Shown in pieces: positions 9,673 through 19,586 of a DNA stretch of 64,000 bases. Below the pieces are notes generated by a model. That model searched no databases. It worked only from the letters and a program-made list of their open reading frames with translations, and had not been told where the DNA came from. How positions within the stretch are numbered: the first letter of the stretch is position 1; each line of letters starts with the position of its first letter. A program made the position numbers and the translations under genes. The stretch is from NCBI GenBank assembly GCA_028717245.1, contig JAQUOD010000001.1, positions 149,514 to 213,513 on the forward strand, written 5' to 3'. Source of the stretch: Candidatus Omnitrophota bacterium. Lineage in GTDB: Bacteria; Omnitrophota; Gorgyraeia; Gygaellales; Profunditerraquicolaceae.

Positions 9673-10869
9673 TTAAGCGAATAGGCTATCGTATAAATTT
9701 TGCGTATCCCTTATTAATCTCTCTCTGGCAAATTTAGTTTTTACGAAATCCCTGGCGCGTATACCTATATCTCGCCTTAAGGCATGATCCTGCGATATAA
9801 ACGTTAGGGCGGCAGCAAAAGTAATGGGATCTGGCAGCTTAACCAGTATGCCCCTTTCCAAAACCCCAAAATTATCCTTAGAATTATCTGCAAGGTGGGC
9901 ATTATCTCCCAGTAAGTCTTTGACTCCGCCAGCATCTGTTGCCACAACCGTCTTCCCCGAAGCCATAGCCTCAATTAAAGATACGGGTGTTCCTTCATTT
10001 AAAGAAGTCAAAACAACAATATCAAGGCCGTTATAAACATTTACTAAATCTCTCTGCCAGCCCAAAAAGGCTACCCGGCTATTAACATTAAGCCTGCACG
10101 CGTAAGCTTCTAAATCTTTTTTTAATTCTCCGTCTCCGATAATCTTGAATTTTAGCTGCGTCATAGGATTACTGGCGATAACCAGGGCTATTGTCTCTAA
10201 AAATAACCGGTGATTCTTAATCGGCACAAGCCTGCCTACAATACCAATATTCGAAACAATATTATCCCTGATGGGTATCTCTAAAAATTTGTCTAATTCA
10301 AGACCTAAGGGAATAACTTCAATTTTATCTTTTCTGCAGATGTGCAGGGCAAGCAGTTCGTTTTTAACGGAATCGCTTACAGTTATAATCCTAGAGCTGA
10401 ATACGGCCAAGAACCGTTCGATAAAAATAAATACCCTGGTTTGAACTTTATTGAAATACCCTTCAAAGATATGCCCGTGAAAGGTATGGATAAATTTAAT
10501 TTGTTTCTTTTTTAAAAGATGAAGTAAATTATAGGATATCCCGGCTAATCTGCCGAGGGTACCGGCTTTAGCCGTATGCGTATGAATTATATCGGGCTGT
10601 TCGATTTTTATAATATTGTATATTTTCTTAAATGCCTGCAGATCGCAGAAAAAACTCAATTCCCTTTTTAATTCGGGGATAAAAATAAGCTTTATATGTT
10701 TCTGGGACGCGTAATAAGACATATCACCCTCATTTTTACTTACGCTGCCGTAAACGAGTAAAGAATCAAATTTCGTTTTATCCAAACCCTCTGTCAGAAT
10801 AACCGTATTGATAGCGGGGCCGCCGATATTAAGCCTGGCAATAATTCTCAATATTTTTATTCTTTTCAT
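9673..10869 (-). CDS. Glycosyltransferase, GT-B fold, family 4-like
   Basis: The C-terminal motif EGTPVSLIEAMASGKTVVATDAGG is typical of GT4/GT1 enzymes. The length is 398 aa. Confidence 0.8.
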   Translation of the reverse strand: MKRIKILRIIARLNIGGPAINTVILTEGLDKTKFDSLLVYGSVSKNEGDMSYYASQKHIKLIFIPELKRELSFFCDLQAFKKIYNIIKIEQPDIIHTHTAKAGTLGRLAGISYNLLHLLKKKQIKFIHTFHGHIFEGYFNKVQTRVFIFIERFLAVFSSRIITVSDSVKNELLALHICRKDKIEVIPLGLELDKFLEIPIRDNIVSNIGIVGRLVPIKNHRLFLETIALVIASNPMTQLKFKIIGDGELKKDLEAYACRLNVNSRVAFLGWQRDLVNVYNGLDIVVLTSLNEGTPVSLIEAMASGKTVVATDAGGVKDLLGDNAHLADNSKDNFGVLERGILVKLPDPITFAAALTFISQDHALRRDIGIRARDFVKTKFARERLIRDTQNLYDSLFA

Positions 10870-10902
10870 TTTATTCTATTAAGATAACCCGGGGAAGGAT
10901 TT

Positions 10903-11874
10903 TTATGCTGGGCTTTTATTTTTCAAGTAACTGACGATATCTTTAATTATCCCGGACAAGGCATACGTGGGTTTGAATCCTATCAATTTATTAATTTTGG
11001 TTATATCGGGAACTCTGCGTTGCATATCCTCAAAACCTTCCTCATAGGCTTTTTCATAAGGGATATATTCTATTTTTGAATTACTTTGAGTGATTTTGAT
11101 TATTTCCCTTGCTAACTGCTCAATGGTAACTTCTTCCTGGCTGCCGATATTGAATACTTCACCTATTGCTTTCGGTTCATTTATCAGTTTAGTCAGTGCC
11201 CTAACTGTGTCTTTAACGTGCAAGAAACACCTGGATTGGTTACCCATGCCATACACGGTAATGGGCTCGTTTTTTAATGCCTGCGAGATAAAACGCGGCA
11301 TAACCATACCATAAGCACCGGTCTGGCGGGGCCCGACAGTATTAAAAAGGCGCACTATGAACGCGGGCAACTTCTTTTCCCGCCAATAAATATACGCTAA
11401 CATTTCATCAACTGCCTTAGCTGTAGAATAGCTCCAGCGGGCCTTTAAAGGAGAACCTAAAATTCTATCGTCATTTTCCTTTAGCGGCCCGTTAACATTC
11501 TTGCCGTATATTTCAGAGGTAGAGGCAATCAGAATTTTTTTGCGATACCTAAGCGCTGCATCCAGCACAACCTCGCTCCCCTTAATATTAGTAGTCAATG
11601 ACTCCAGCGGCTTTTTTACTATTAAATCAACTCCGACTGCCGCAGCCAAATGAAAAACACAGTCTATTTTCTCGACTAATTTATCTACCAGATTCGCATC
11701 TAAAATATCCCCTTCGACAAATTCAAAAGTTCTATTCTTCAACAGGTGCTCGATGTTTTCGTATCTTCCAGTAGAAAGATTGTCTAAAGCAATAACCTCA
11801 TTGTTGCCGATAAGTAATGCTTCAGTTAAATGCGAACCGATAAATCCCGCGCCACCCGTGATCAATGCCTTCAT
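10903..11874 (-). CDS. NAD-dependent nucleotide-sugar epimerase/dehydratase (extended SDR)
   Basis: The sequence has TGGAGFIGSHL for NAD binding and a YSTAK catalytic YxxxK motif. The length is 323 aa. Confidence 0.8.
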   Translation of the reverse strand: MKALITGGAGFIGSHLTEALLIGNNEVIALDNLSTGRYENIEHLLKNRTFEFVEGDILDANLVDKLVEKIDCVFHLAAAVGVDLIVKKPLESLTTNIKGSEVVLDAALRYRKKILIASTSEIYGKNVNGPLKENDDRILGSPLKARWSYSTAKAVDEMLAYIYWREKKLPAFIVRLFNTVGPRQTGAYGMVMPRFISQALKNEPITVYGMGNQSRCFLHVKDTVRALTKLINEPKAIGEVFNIGSQEEVTIEQLAREIIKITQSNSKIEYIPYEKAYEEGFEDMQRRVPDITKINKLIGFKPTYALSGIIKDIVSYLKNKSPA

Positions 11875-12449
11875 TTTTCCTCCACATCCAATCGTTTATA
11901 ATGATTTATCAATTTCAAGAATAAACTTGTACTTGCCAGGGTTTTTGGCCCTACCTCACAAAATAATCCAGCCAATCCCGTAGACAATAACATACCTCTA
12001 ATAATCCAGCCCGTCAATACCATATCTTTATTAACTAATACAGAAAAAATGGTGTTTGTTAAAATAACGACAACCATAATGATGCTTGCTGTTTTTACGG
12101 GTGAAAGATACGCATTTCTTCTGACGGCGACCAACAGACCTATAGTTGCACTTGTGCTTTTATAATCCATGGTTCTTAATTGCCATGCCTTAAATAAATT
12201 CCGCAAGCATTTAGCAAATTCGCTATTATCCAAAATTACCATATTGCATTCTCTATCTAACTCAGTAATCTTTTCCCAAAGAATATATTTAAAACTTGCT
12301 ATTATTTTGGTCCAGAATGTATTGAACGATCTGTATATTCGGTTATTCTTATACGCCTTATACAGCCGTCGTTCAATAGAACAAAAGGCTTCTGATGTCT
12401 TCTTTAATACCGATATAAAAAGGCTATTCCTTATTATGATTGCTAACAT
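11871..12449 (-). CDS. Hypothetical protein with C-terminal hydrophobic segments
   Basis: The ORF is 192 aa and its start overlaps the upstream stop by 4 nt (ATGA). I recognise no family. Confidence 0.3.
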   Translation of the reverse strand: MLAIIIRNSLFISVLKKTSEAFCSIERRLYKAYKNNRIYRSFNTFWTKIIASFKYILWEKITELDRECNMVILDNSEFAKCLRNLFKAWQLRTMDYKSTSATIGLLVAVRRNAYLSPVKTASIIMVVVILTNTIFSVLVNKDMVLTGWIIRGMLLSTGLAGLFCEVGPKTLASTSLFLKLINHYKRLDVEEK

Positions 12450-12518
12450 TATTTTTTTATTAAAGCATGGGTTATTTTACACAGCCCAACATTAACAGAG
12501 CCAAAATTATTCCTGTGG

Positions 12519-13130
12519 CTATATTGGTATAGTTTTATATTTATAAAGATTAGTTTTAAAAAGAAACGCTGAGCCAAGTTTAATATCTTGATTATTATAA
12601 TATAAATCGGCGCCCCTAACCTCTACCTTAAGCTTAAGTCTTACAGCAATTTGTTTTAATTCCGGGTCTTTTATCCATATTTTTTTCAATTCTCCATATT
12701 CATCATTCCCTAAATTATAACTATATTTAAATGGTTCAGGCTTCCCAACTACAGCGATTATTTCTCCCAGCACTTCGCCTTTTGTGCCGATTTCTTTCTC
12801 TCCTGCCTTTACATATGGTAAAAGATATGCCGGGACTTCAATAAAATTGCAAAGAATTTCAACCTCTAAAGATTTCTTTGGTACATGTTGCGCCTGTAGT
12901 GATTCTTTATTCTGTATTTGCTGCGCTTGCGATGCTTGTTGTGCCTGTAGCGCTTGTTGTGCCTGTAGCGCTTGTTGTGCCTGTAGCGCTTGTTGTTCAA
13001 GCTGCTTTGAAGTAGATAACTTATAACCAAAATAAAAGATAGGGGTTAAGCTTAATAAGAAGCTAATCACCAAAAAATCAATTACATTAATTTTACCGAA
13101 CAATCTGCCTTTTTCATCTATCACCTTCAT
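12519..13130 (-). CDS. Membrane-anchored protein with an internal (QQALQA)n repeat, possibly DUF4330-like
   Basis: The N-terminus is MKVIDEKGRLFGKINVIDFLVISFLL (a transmembrane anchor). It is followed by a Gln/Ala/Leu repeat and a C-terminal globular region. The length is 203 aa. Confidence 0.4.
   Translation of the reverse strand: MKVIDEKGRLFGKINVIDFLVISFLLSLTPIFYFGYKLSTSKQLEQQALQAQQALQAQQALQAQQASQAQQIQNKESLQAQHVPKKSLEVEILCNFIEVPAYLLPYVKAGEKEIGTKGEVLGEIIAVVGKPEPFKYSYNLGNDEYGELKKIWIKDPELKQIAVRLKLKVEVRGADLYYNNQDIKLGSAFLFKTNLYKYKTIPI
12905..12996. repeat. Tandem repeat with an 18-bp unit (GCCTGTAGCGCTTGTTGT), about 3 perfect copies plus degenerate copies, encoding the (QQALQA)n tract
   Basis: Perfect copies lie at 12943-12960, 12961-12978 and 12979-12996. 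Degenerate copies lie upstream. Confidence 0.85.
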
Positions 13131-13702
13131 ACTACTCCTCCCTCTGGCTTTAACTGTTTATGTTGTGTTTTTTTAACCTCGCAAGGACTACCGCACGCAA
13201 CTACAGAATCCGGAATATCGCTCACTACCACACTGCCGGCTCCAATAACAGAATTGTCGCCGATATTTGCTCCGGGGCATATCACCGCATGCGCGCCAAT
13301 CCAAACATTAGAACCGATTTTTACCATCTTTGGTATATGCCCGACGAATATCCGCGGTAAACCATTTGTTGTTTCAACCGCATGATTTGAAGATCCTATA
13401 AACACATGCGGGCCGATTAACACATTATCGCCTATCTCAATGCCGCCTCGGCCATCAATAAAAGCGCCGCTATTAATGGCTAAGCAATTTCCTGCGGAAA
13501 TATTATAGGTATGAGTAAGGTATGCATTGGAAAAAATTATCGATTTTTTACCTATTTTCTTGAACAACATTTTGTAAAGCGCGCGCCTTAAAATCATACC
13601 TTCGTATCCAGGCCAGAAACGAAATAATAATCCAATATATTCTTCCATGACAAGGCGGACTATTTGCCTAAGAGTATGTCGTCTCAAAAAAGAAAGAAGC
13701 AT
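13127..13702 (-). CDS. Hexapeptide-repeat (LbH) acyl/acetyltransferase, sugar O-/N-acetyltransferase-like
   Basis: Repeated [LIV]GxxxxI hexapeptides are present: IGDNVLIGPHVFIG...IGSNVWIGAHAVICPGANIGDNSVIGAGSVV. The length is 191 aa. Confidence 0.8.
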   Translation of the reverse strand: MLLSFLRRHTLRQIVRLVMEEYIGLLFRFWPGYEGMILRRALYKMLFKKIGKKSIIFSNAYLTHTYNISAGNCLAINSGAFIDGRGGIEIGDNVLIGPHVFIGSSNHAVETTNGLPRIFVGHIPKMVKIGSNVWIGAHAVICPGANIGDNSVIGAGSVVVSDIPDSVVACGSPCEVKKTQHKQLKPEGGVV

Positions 13703-13707
13703 AAGTT

Positions 13708-15084
13708 TTAATCCAAGTCGTTAAAACCCCGCCAACTCGCCTTAAGAAAATAAAGCGTATCTTTAAAAAGCTTCATTTTCGACTTGCCGGCAATCCTGGC
13801 TTTATAATGAATAGGCATTTCGATGATTTTCATTTTCAACTTAGAAGCTCCGAATAGTAGATCAAAATCGCCCCACTTGCACCGGCCCATTTTAATATAC
13901 GGTATATAGCTTCTAAGAAGCGACTTTGTCCCGCAGAGTACGTCGGTATTTCTCTGCCCAATCATAATACTTAAAATAATACCGAATATTTTGTTTCCAA
14001 TAAATCTCAAAAAACTCATCGCGCCTTCTTCAATTGGATACACCATGCGGGTACCGTTTATAAACTCGGCCCTGCCTCTTGTGATTGGTTCAATAAATCT
14101 GTGTAGCTCGACCGGAGATACGGACATATCCGCATCTAATATAATTATCACATCCCCGCCACATTCTTTAAATCCTCTTTCTAAGGCAATCCCTTTTCCT
14201 TGATTAGGCTTATAGGATAATAGTTTTATCGTGTGGCCCGACGACCTTTTTAGCTGCTCCACTACTTTGGCTGTGCCATCGGTTGAACCATCATCGACAA
14301 CAATAATTTCGGTATTCGGCACTAACCGAGGAATCGACTCTATACACTCTTTAATATTTTCGACTTCATTAAAACAAGGCACCACAATAGAACAGGAAAG
14401 ATCTTTATACGCAATTTTCGGCTTTGCAACAATAAATTGTAAACTACACAAATTATTAATCCCGGGGACGCGGCTGAATATTTTATTCGCAAGATAAGAA
14501 AAAAAAGGGATATAAAAAGGCAATAACAACCTATAACCCGCTTCAATTATATCATAATCCAAAAGATTAAGCATATTTATGACATCGCGGTTAGTAACGA
14601 AATTCCTGATTTTATCGCTTTCTTTTAACCGCAGAATCTCTAAGAGCTTTATTATCGGTTGCCAAAGCGGATTTACCGTCGTAATGATTATTTTTGAATC
14701 TGGCTTAAGATAAAGCTTAAGGGTAGAAAATAAGTCAATTATATCATCGGAATAATCTAATAAGTTAGACAGAACTATATAGTCAAATTTATCGCAGCCC
14801 CTTAGTCCGGAAATGTCTGCCACTTGAAACATTAACTCGGCATGCTTTTCTTTAGCTAAACAGATCATCTCTTCGCTTATATCAATGCCAAACCCCCTGG
14901 TTGGCATAAGGGCACTCAACAAATCTCCGGTTGCGCAGCCTATTTCTAATATACCTTTGCCTTGCGGGATGATGGATGAATAAAATCTCTGAATCGTCCT
15001 ATGATAATAGGCATACCGTTTTCTGTGCTTATCATAGGAAGGCGCTATTTTATTAAAATATTCTTTAACAATTAATTTATTCAT
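13708..15084 (-). CDS. Bifunctional N-terminal class I SAM methyltransferase and C-terminal GT2 polyprenyl-phosphate glycosyltransferase (DPM1/ArnC-like)
   Basis: The N-terminal half has ILEIGCATGDL (SAM motif I). The C-terminal half has IVVPCFNEVENI...VVDDGSTDGT...ILDADMS, the GT-A DXD pattern typical of Dpm1/ArnC. Confidence 0.75.
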   Translation of the reverse strand: MNKLIVKEYFNKIAPSYDKHRKRYAYYHRTIQRFYSSIIPQGKGILEIGCATGDLLSALMPTRGFGIDISEEMICLAKEKHAELMFQVADISGLRGCDKFDYIVLSNLLDYSDDIIDLFSTLKLYLKPDSKIIITTVNPLWQPIIKLLEILRLKESDKIRNFVTNRDVINMLNLLDYDIIEAGYRLLLPFYIPFFSYLANKIFSRVPGINNLCSLQFIVAKPKIAYKDLSCSIVVPCFNEVENIKECIESIPRLVPNTEIIVVDDGSTDGTAKVVEQLKRSSGHTIKLLSYKPNQGKGIALERGFKECGGDVIIILDADMSVSPVELHRFIEPITRGRAEFINGTRMVYPIEEGAMSFLRFIGNKIFGIILSIMIGQRNTDVLCGTKSLLRSYIPYIKMGRCKWGDFDLLFGASKLKMKIIEMPIHYKARIAGKSKMKLFKDTLYFLKASWRGFNDLD

Positions 15085-15725
15085 GCCTCATTCCTAAATT
15101 TACCTACAAAGTATAATGCGTTATCTAACCCGAAGATTTTAGGGTACAAAATCGAACGTTCTAACGCTAATTTCTTTTTCGCATTCGTCAATATCTCCTT
15201 GTGCCCCGAAGGGTGTATCTCTTTATCATCATAACCCAATATCGCAAATAATGCTTTGCTTAGTTTATTTCGAATCGGAAAACCAATGATAGCACTACTG
15301 CCTTTTTTGAGAACGCGGCTAATTTCATTAACTGCCAGCTCTAAATCCTTTATATGTTCCAAAACGCTCTGGCAGACTACAAGATTAAAGGCCTTATCTT
15401 TAAATGGCATATTACGTATATCCCCAAAAAATAATTGAATATTTTTTACCCCGCACTCTTTCATTACCAGCCCAACTTTATCCACGTCATTATGTATATC
15501 AATACCGTACAGCATAGAACATCTGCCTGCCAAAGTAGGCAAAAGAGCCCCCGGGCCAAATCCAATTTCCAGGATATTATCGTATTTATTGTCTAAAAGG
15601 CCTCTTACCATTTCAAACCTATGCCTGTAAAATAGGCCGATTAAAGGATGATACAGATACTCAGTAAAATCGTTTAATTCCTTAGTCCTAAACTGTATCC
15701 TTTTTATTGCCGCGGGTAAATTCAT
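15081..15725 (-). CDS. Class I SAM-dependent methyltransferase
   Basis: The motif ILEIGFGPGAL is a SAM-binding glycine-rich motif I. The length is 214 aa. Confidence 0.7.
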   Translation of the reverse strand: MNLPAAIKRIQFRTKELNDFTEYLYHPLIGLFYRHRFEMVRGLLDNKYDNILEIGFGPGALLPTLAGRCSMLYGIDIHNDVDKVGLVMKECGVKNIQLFFGDIRNMPFKDKAFNLVVCQSVLEHIKDLELAVNEISRVLKKGSSAIIGFPIRNKLSKALFAILGYDDKEIHPSGHKEILTNAKKKLALERSILYPKIFGLDNALYFVGKFRNEA

Positions 15726-15773
15726 TTTATGGCATTACAGAGCATCTTTTTTTTAGTTTTAGTTATAGATATT

Positions 15774-16463
15774 TTATATCTTCTCTAACACCACGGTAGC
15801 CTTAAAGGCGCTTATATATTTCAAGAAAGCAAATTTATCTTCAATGCTTAAAAACAAATTAAGCAGTATACGGGGAATCATGCTGGGATAATTAAAACCG
15901 CCTGATAACGGATACACTAAAAAATCATGGATTTCTTGTCTTAAGATAGAAAACTCATTCGCGAATAAATCATTTTGTTTACGATTTTTAAAAAATATTC
16001 CTGTTACCATTCCATTTTGTTGTATATTTTCAAAATGAAATAGCCTTAAAACCAAATAGGAAATAATAGAAATATACATATCGATAATAATTACTCTGCC
16101 CCCCTGTTTTAGAATCCTCGATGCCTCTTTAAAAAAAACAGTCAAATCCTTTAAGTGGTGAAAAACGTCAATACACACAAGGTTAACAAAGGAATGGTCT
16201 CTGAATGGAAAAATAAGATTCGCATCAAACACTAAATCAACCCCCCTTACACCTATGATATCACTCGTAACGCAAGATGGAAAAAAGCGCTTAAAATCTC
16301 CGAATCCGCTTCCGATTTCCAGCGTTTTTCCTCCGGCATTAAGATTTTTCGCGATTTGCTTATACCACCTGTAATACACAAGCTGCAATACCTTTTTTTT
16401 CTCAAAAATTAACCTGCGTTGCCCGATATCTTTTTCGTCTATCTTAATAATCATTGAAAGCAA
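15774..16463 (-). CDS. Class I SAM-dependent methyltransferase
   Basis: The motif TLEIGSGFGDF is motif I. The length is 229 aa. Confidence 0.65.
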   Translation of the reverse strand: MLSMIIKIDEKDIGQRRLIFEKKKVLQLVYYRWYKQIAKNLNAGGKTLEIGSGFGDFKRFFPSCVTSDIIGVRGVDLVFDANLIFPFRDHSFVNLVCIDVFHHLKDLTVFFKEASRILKQGGRVIIIDMYISIISYLVLRLFHFENIQQNGMVTGIFFKNRKQNDLFANEFSILRQEIHDFLVYPLSGGFNYPSMIPRILLNLFLSIEDKFAFLKYISAFKATVVLEKI

Positions 16464-17713
16464 GCCCGTTTTTTAAAGTAAGTTCGAAGTTTTAGAAAAA
16501 CTGAGGCGATCCCAAAAGAAGCCAAAATGAGAATTAACGCTTCTACGCTCCAGCGATGCCTGCCTTCGGCGTAATAAAAACTTTGCAATATAGAAAGCGC
16601 AAATAAAAAAAATACTAATAATAGGACGAATTTTCTAAGAGGATATTTTATAAAAGCGAGCCAAAACCCGATTGAGGCAAAAATTATCATGATTGTATAA
16701 TACGCTTTATATAACCCTAGCCACCTGGATGGATACAGGATCCCGCTTTGTGGGGAAAACCACCAGAAATAGAATATCTTTTTTGAAGTTAGAATTAAAA
16801 ATTTTAAAGGATTTTCTTTGATAAAACCGATTGCGGTATCTTTAAATAAATCCATTTGCCCCATCTCATCAAGCGTATATAGCTTTTGTTTAAATTCCGC
16901 CGGGCTGGTTTCAAAAACTGCAGTTCCGTTAGGTAAATATAACGTTCCGGTGGCATGGGGATTGTTGCCAATCCAAAGGCCTTCCCACTGGTTAGTCTGA
17001 ATCAAAAAAAATTGCTTATACCTTAATAAATTTCTGATGGACCAAGGCAACAAGAATATTGCAACGATGCACACCGAATACAGCATTATCTTAAGGGTTT
17101 CCTTTCTGTTTTGTTGATAGTAATAAAACCATAGGAATATTACGGGAAGAAAGGCAAGAAGCGTAGGGCGTTCTAAAGCTCCTAACCCCAAACATACGCC
17201 CAATATAATTTTATTTTTTAAGGACGCCCTATTGTAATTCTTTATTACCATCCACACTATGGCGCTTATTAATAAGGCATACAGGCTAAGCGAATGTACC
17301 TTAAGGGTAGAATAGACTATCAACCCGGGATGCAATGCTACTAATAGCATTGAGAGCAACCCAACCTTTTTATCAAAAATAGTCTTGCCGATACAAAAAA
17401 TAATGTAGCACATTAAGACATTAAAGATTATCTGGAGCCAAATGATATATGCAATTTCGTGACCAAACAATAGGTATACTAACGCACAAAGGTAGGGAAA
17501 AAGCGGGGCAATGGCTGAATAGTGCGGCGCATTATACCGGGGCAAAAGAAAACCTTTACCCTGAATCAGGTTGGTTGCGATTTCTTCATATTCGTAGACT
17601 TCAATAGAATGATGATGCGCCCCCCAGATAAAGACTACGGCCCTGACTAATGTCGCAATGAATAGAATGCTGACTATTAGCACAAAAACCCGGTTTATTT
17701 TGATGCGGGCCAT
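16451..17713 (-). CDS. GT-C fold membrane glycosyltransferase (ArnT/PMT-like, GT39/GT83-type)
   Basis: The protein has more than 10 hydrophobic segments, short loops and an extended first loop, which fits ArnT/PMT_2 topology. I place the start at the internal ATG (17713) to avoid a 32-nt overlap with the upstream gene. It pairs with the ArnC-like GT2 at 13708-15084. Confidence 0.5.
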   Translation of the reverse strand: MARIKINRVFVLIVSILFIATLVRAVVFIWGAHHHSIEVYEYEEIATNLIQGKGFLLPRYNAPHYSAIAPLFPYLCALVYLLFGHEIAYIIWLQIIFNVLMCYIIFCIGKTIFDKKVGLLSMLLVALHPGLIVYSTLKVHSLSLYALLISAIVWMVIKNYNRASLKNKIILGVCLGLGALERPTLLAFLPVIFLWFYYYQQNRKETLKIMLYSVCIVAIFLLPWSIRNLLRYKQFFLIQTNQWEGLWIGNNPHATGTLYLPNGTAVFETSPAEFKQKLYTLDEMGQMDLFKDTAIGFIKENPLKFLILTSKKIFYFWWFSPQSGILYPSRWLGLYKAYYTIMIIFASIGFWLAFIKYPLRKFVLLLVFFLFALSILQSFYYAEGRHRWSVEALILILASFGIASVFLKLRTYFKKRACFQ

Positions 17714-17717
17714 CGTA

Positions 17718-19586
17718 TTAGAGACCTCCTTTCCACCAATAATACGCAATCGCTAAATACTCGTGGATTATGCCTTTTATTTGTTTTAAGTCTATCCTCT
17801 TCGATATTTTCTTTGCCGGGCTAATGTCATGGCTATAGAAGCGGCTCTTAATCGGAGTATAAATAACGGTTATGCCGGGGGCATTTTTTCTAATTACTAA
17901 AGCGGCTCTACGCATATGGTAAGGAGAACTAATCAATAATACTTTTTTCCAGTTTCTTTTTAACAGGATCTCTTCTACAAACTTAATATTTTCATAGGTG
18001 TTCGCTGAGTTTTCCTCTAAAACGATGGCCTCATTAGGCACGCCTAAACTTATAGCCAAAGATTTCATTAGCTGGGCCTCCTTAAACACATACCCGTATC
18101 CTGTAGAGAATATTAAATGGCCGGCGTAGCCTTCATTGTACAATTTTACTGCATAGTCAACCCTTTCTTCATAACCCTGCCCTGCCTTGCCGGATTCGCC
18201 CACCCCTCCCCCCAAAACAACAATCGCATCTGCCTTTTGAGGCTTATTTACTATTTTAAGCGGTTCGGCCAAATACCAAATAACAGGTGTATAAAATATT
18301 AACAACCATAGGGCAAGAAAAATAAATGCGGACCCAAGAAACCTTCTTCTTGCTGTCCTGTAAATACGTTTGAATATTTCCTGCCAATCGGAATAACCGG
18401 TTATTTCTTTTTTTCTGATAGCGCCTTCTATTAAATTGCTCATCTCTTCGATACGTTTATCCCAGCTATGCCCTTTCGCTAACCTTATCCTCTCGCTAAT
18501 CAAATTACTATCCCTCTCTTCCAAGGCATTATTGATTTTCTTTATGAATTCTTCCTTTGTCCTGGCAATTAACACGAGATTCCCGTTTTCTCGGTTGAAA
18601 GCCATGATTTCCGGTATGTCGGTAGAAACTACCGGTTTGCCAAAAGCGTGGTATTCATTTAACTTTGTGGGATAAACGGTATTAGTATATTCGCTTTTTA
18701 AATAGGGTATAATACAGACGTCGAACTCTTTAATATAACCGGGTAACAGATGGAAATCTTTCTGCCCCAAGAAAATGATATTCGGTATTCCCCTTAAAGA
18801 TGATACGTCTGTCTGTATGGGCCCTACTAAAACGAAAGACCAATCAGGGTTAGCCTTTGCTACATACATCAACAAATTAAAATTTATATGGCGATGTATG
18901 CCTCCGATATAACCGATTATCGGTTTTTTTATATTCTTTATATCTACATAATTATATCCCGCCGGTAATTCTTTTTCGCTGTTAAATATATTTATATTTA
19001 CGCCGAATGGAAAAACATAAACATTATTATTAAGGCTCCTGCATTTTTCTGCCAAAACAGGCCCCTGGACAAATACCAAATCACACATTTTGATCAACTC
19101 ATCTTCGGTTTTCTTTAAATTTTTAGGATTGTTTACTAATTTATAAAAGTCTGCTATGCAGTAATATACTAATAACTTCTTCTCTATACTATTTATAATA
19201 TCTAAGGCTATCCCCGTAGGCAGGAATGTCCATATAATAGGGGCGTGAAAATCTACTATATCCTTCCATTTTTTTAGCGGCTTAAGCAGCAGATGTTTAT
19301 TAATCCATCGCGCAAACAAAGAATATTGGAAAGGCAAGATAACCGGTGAAAATATATACAGATTTTCCATCTCATTCCTGAAACCCCTGGTACCCTTAAA
19401 CCAATTAATAATTCTTTTCCGTAAACGGGGGATATCCCTGAATTTGGGGCTTCTTACTCCTGTGTTTTCTATAAAGAGCACCTTATTACCGTTTTTAGTA
19501 AAAATAGACATTATTTCTTGATGACCTTGCCAGACAAAATCCCAATCTATGCTTGATATACAAATAATATTATGGTTTTTTAACAT
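17718..19586 (-). CDS. Fusion protein with an N-terminal GT4-like glycosyltransferase and a C-terminal DUF218 (YdcF/ElyC/SanA-like) domain
   Basis: The GT-B C-terminal motif is FGKPVVSTDIPEI. A transmembrane segment follows. The DUF218 core is ADAIVVLGGG...HLIFSTGYG...NTYEN...SSPYHMRRA. The length is 622 aa. Confidence 0.65.
   Translation of the reverse strand: MLKNHNIICISSIDWDFVWQGHQEIMSIFTKNGNKVLFIENTGVRSPKFRDIPRLRKRIINWFKGTRGFRNEMENLYIFSPVILPFQYSLFARWINKHLLLKPLKKWKDIVDFHAPIIWTFLPTGIALDIINSIEKKLLVYYCIADFYKLVNNPKNLKKTEDELIKMCDLVFVQGPVLAEKCRSLNNNVYVFPFGVNINIFNSEKELPAGYNYVDIKNIKKPIIGYIGGIHRHINFNLLMYVAKANPDWSFVLVGPIQTDVSSLRGIPNIIFLGQKDFHLLPGYIKEFDVCIIPYLKSEYTNTVYPTKLNEYHAFGKPVVSTDIPEIMAFNRENGNLVLIARTKEEFIKKINNALEERDSNLISERIRLAKGHSWDKRIEEMSNLIEGAIRKKEITGYSDWQEIFKRIYRTARRRFLGSAFIFLALWLLIFYTPVIWYLAEPLKIVNKPQKADAIVVLGGGVGESGKAGQGYEERVDYAVKLYNEGYAGHLIFSTGYGYVFKEAQLMKSLAISLGVPNEAIVLEENSANTYENIKFVEEILLKRNWKKVLLISSPYHMRRAALVIRKNAPGITVIYTPIKSRFYSHDISPAKKISKRIDLKQIKGIIHEYLAIAYYWWKGGL

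Noticed and set aside
12905-12996. Regularly spaced direct repeats considered as a possible CRISPR array
   Set aside because: The repeats are contiguous 18-bp units with no spacers. They sit in frame within a CDS and no cas genes are nearby. This is a coding minisatellite, not a CRISPR array.
12784-13026. Plus-strand 80-aa Cys-rich ORF (CCACSACCACS...)
   Set aside because: It is the antisense reading of the 18-bp tandem repeat inside 12519-13130. The cysteine-rich periodicity is a frame artefact of the repeat, not a metal-binding protein.
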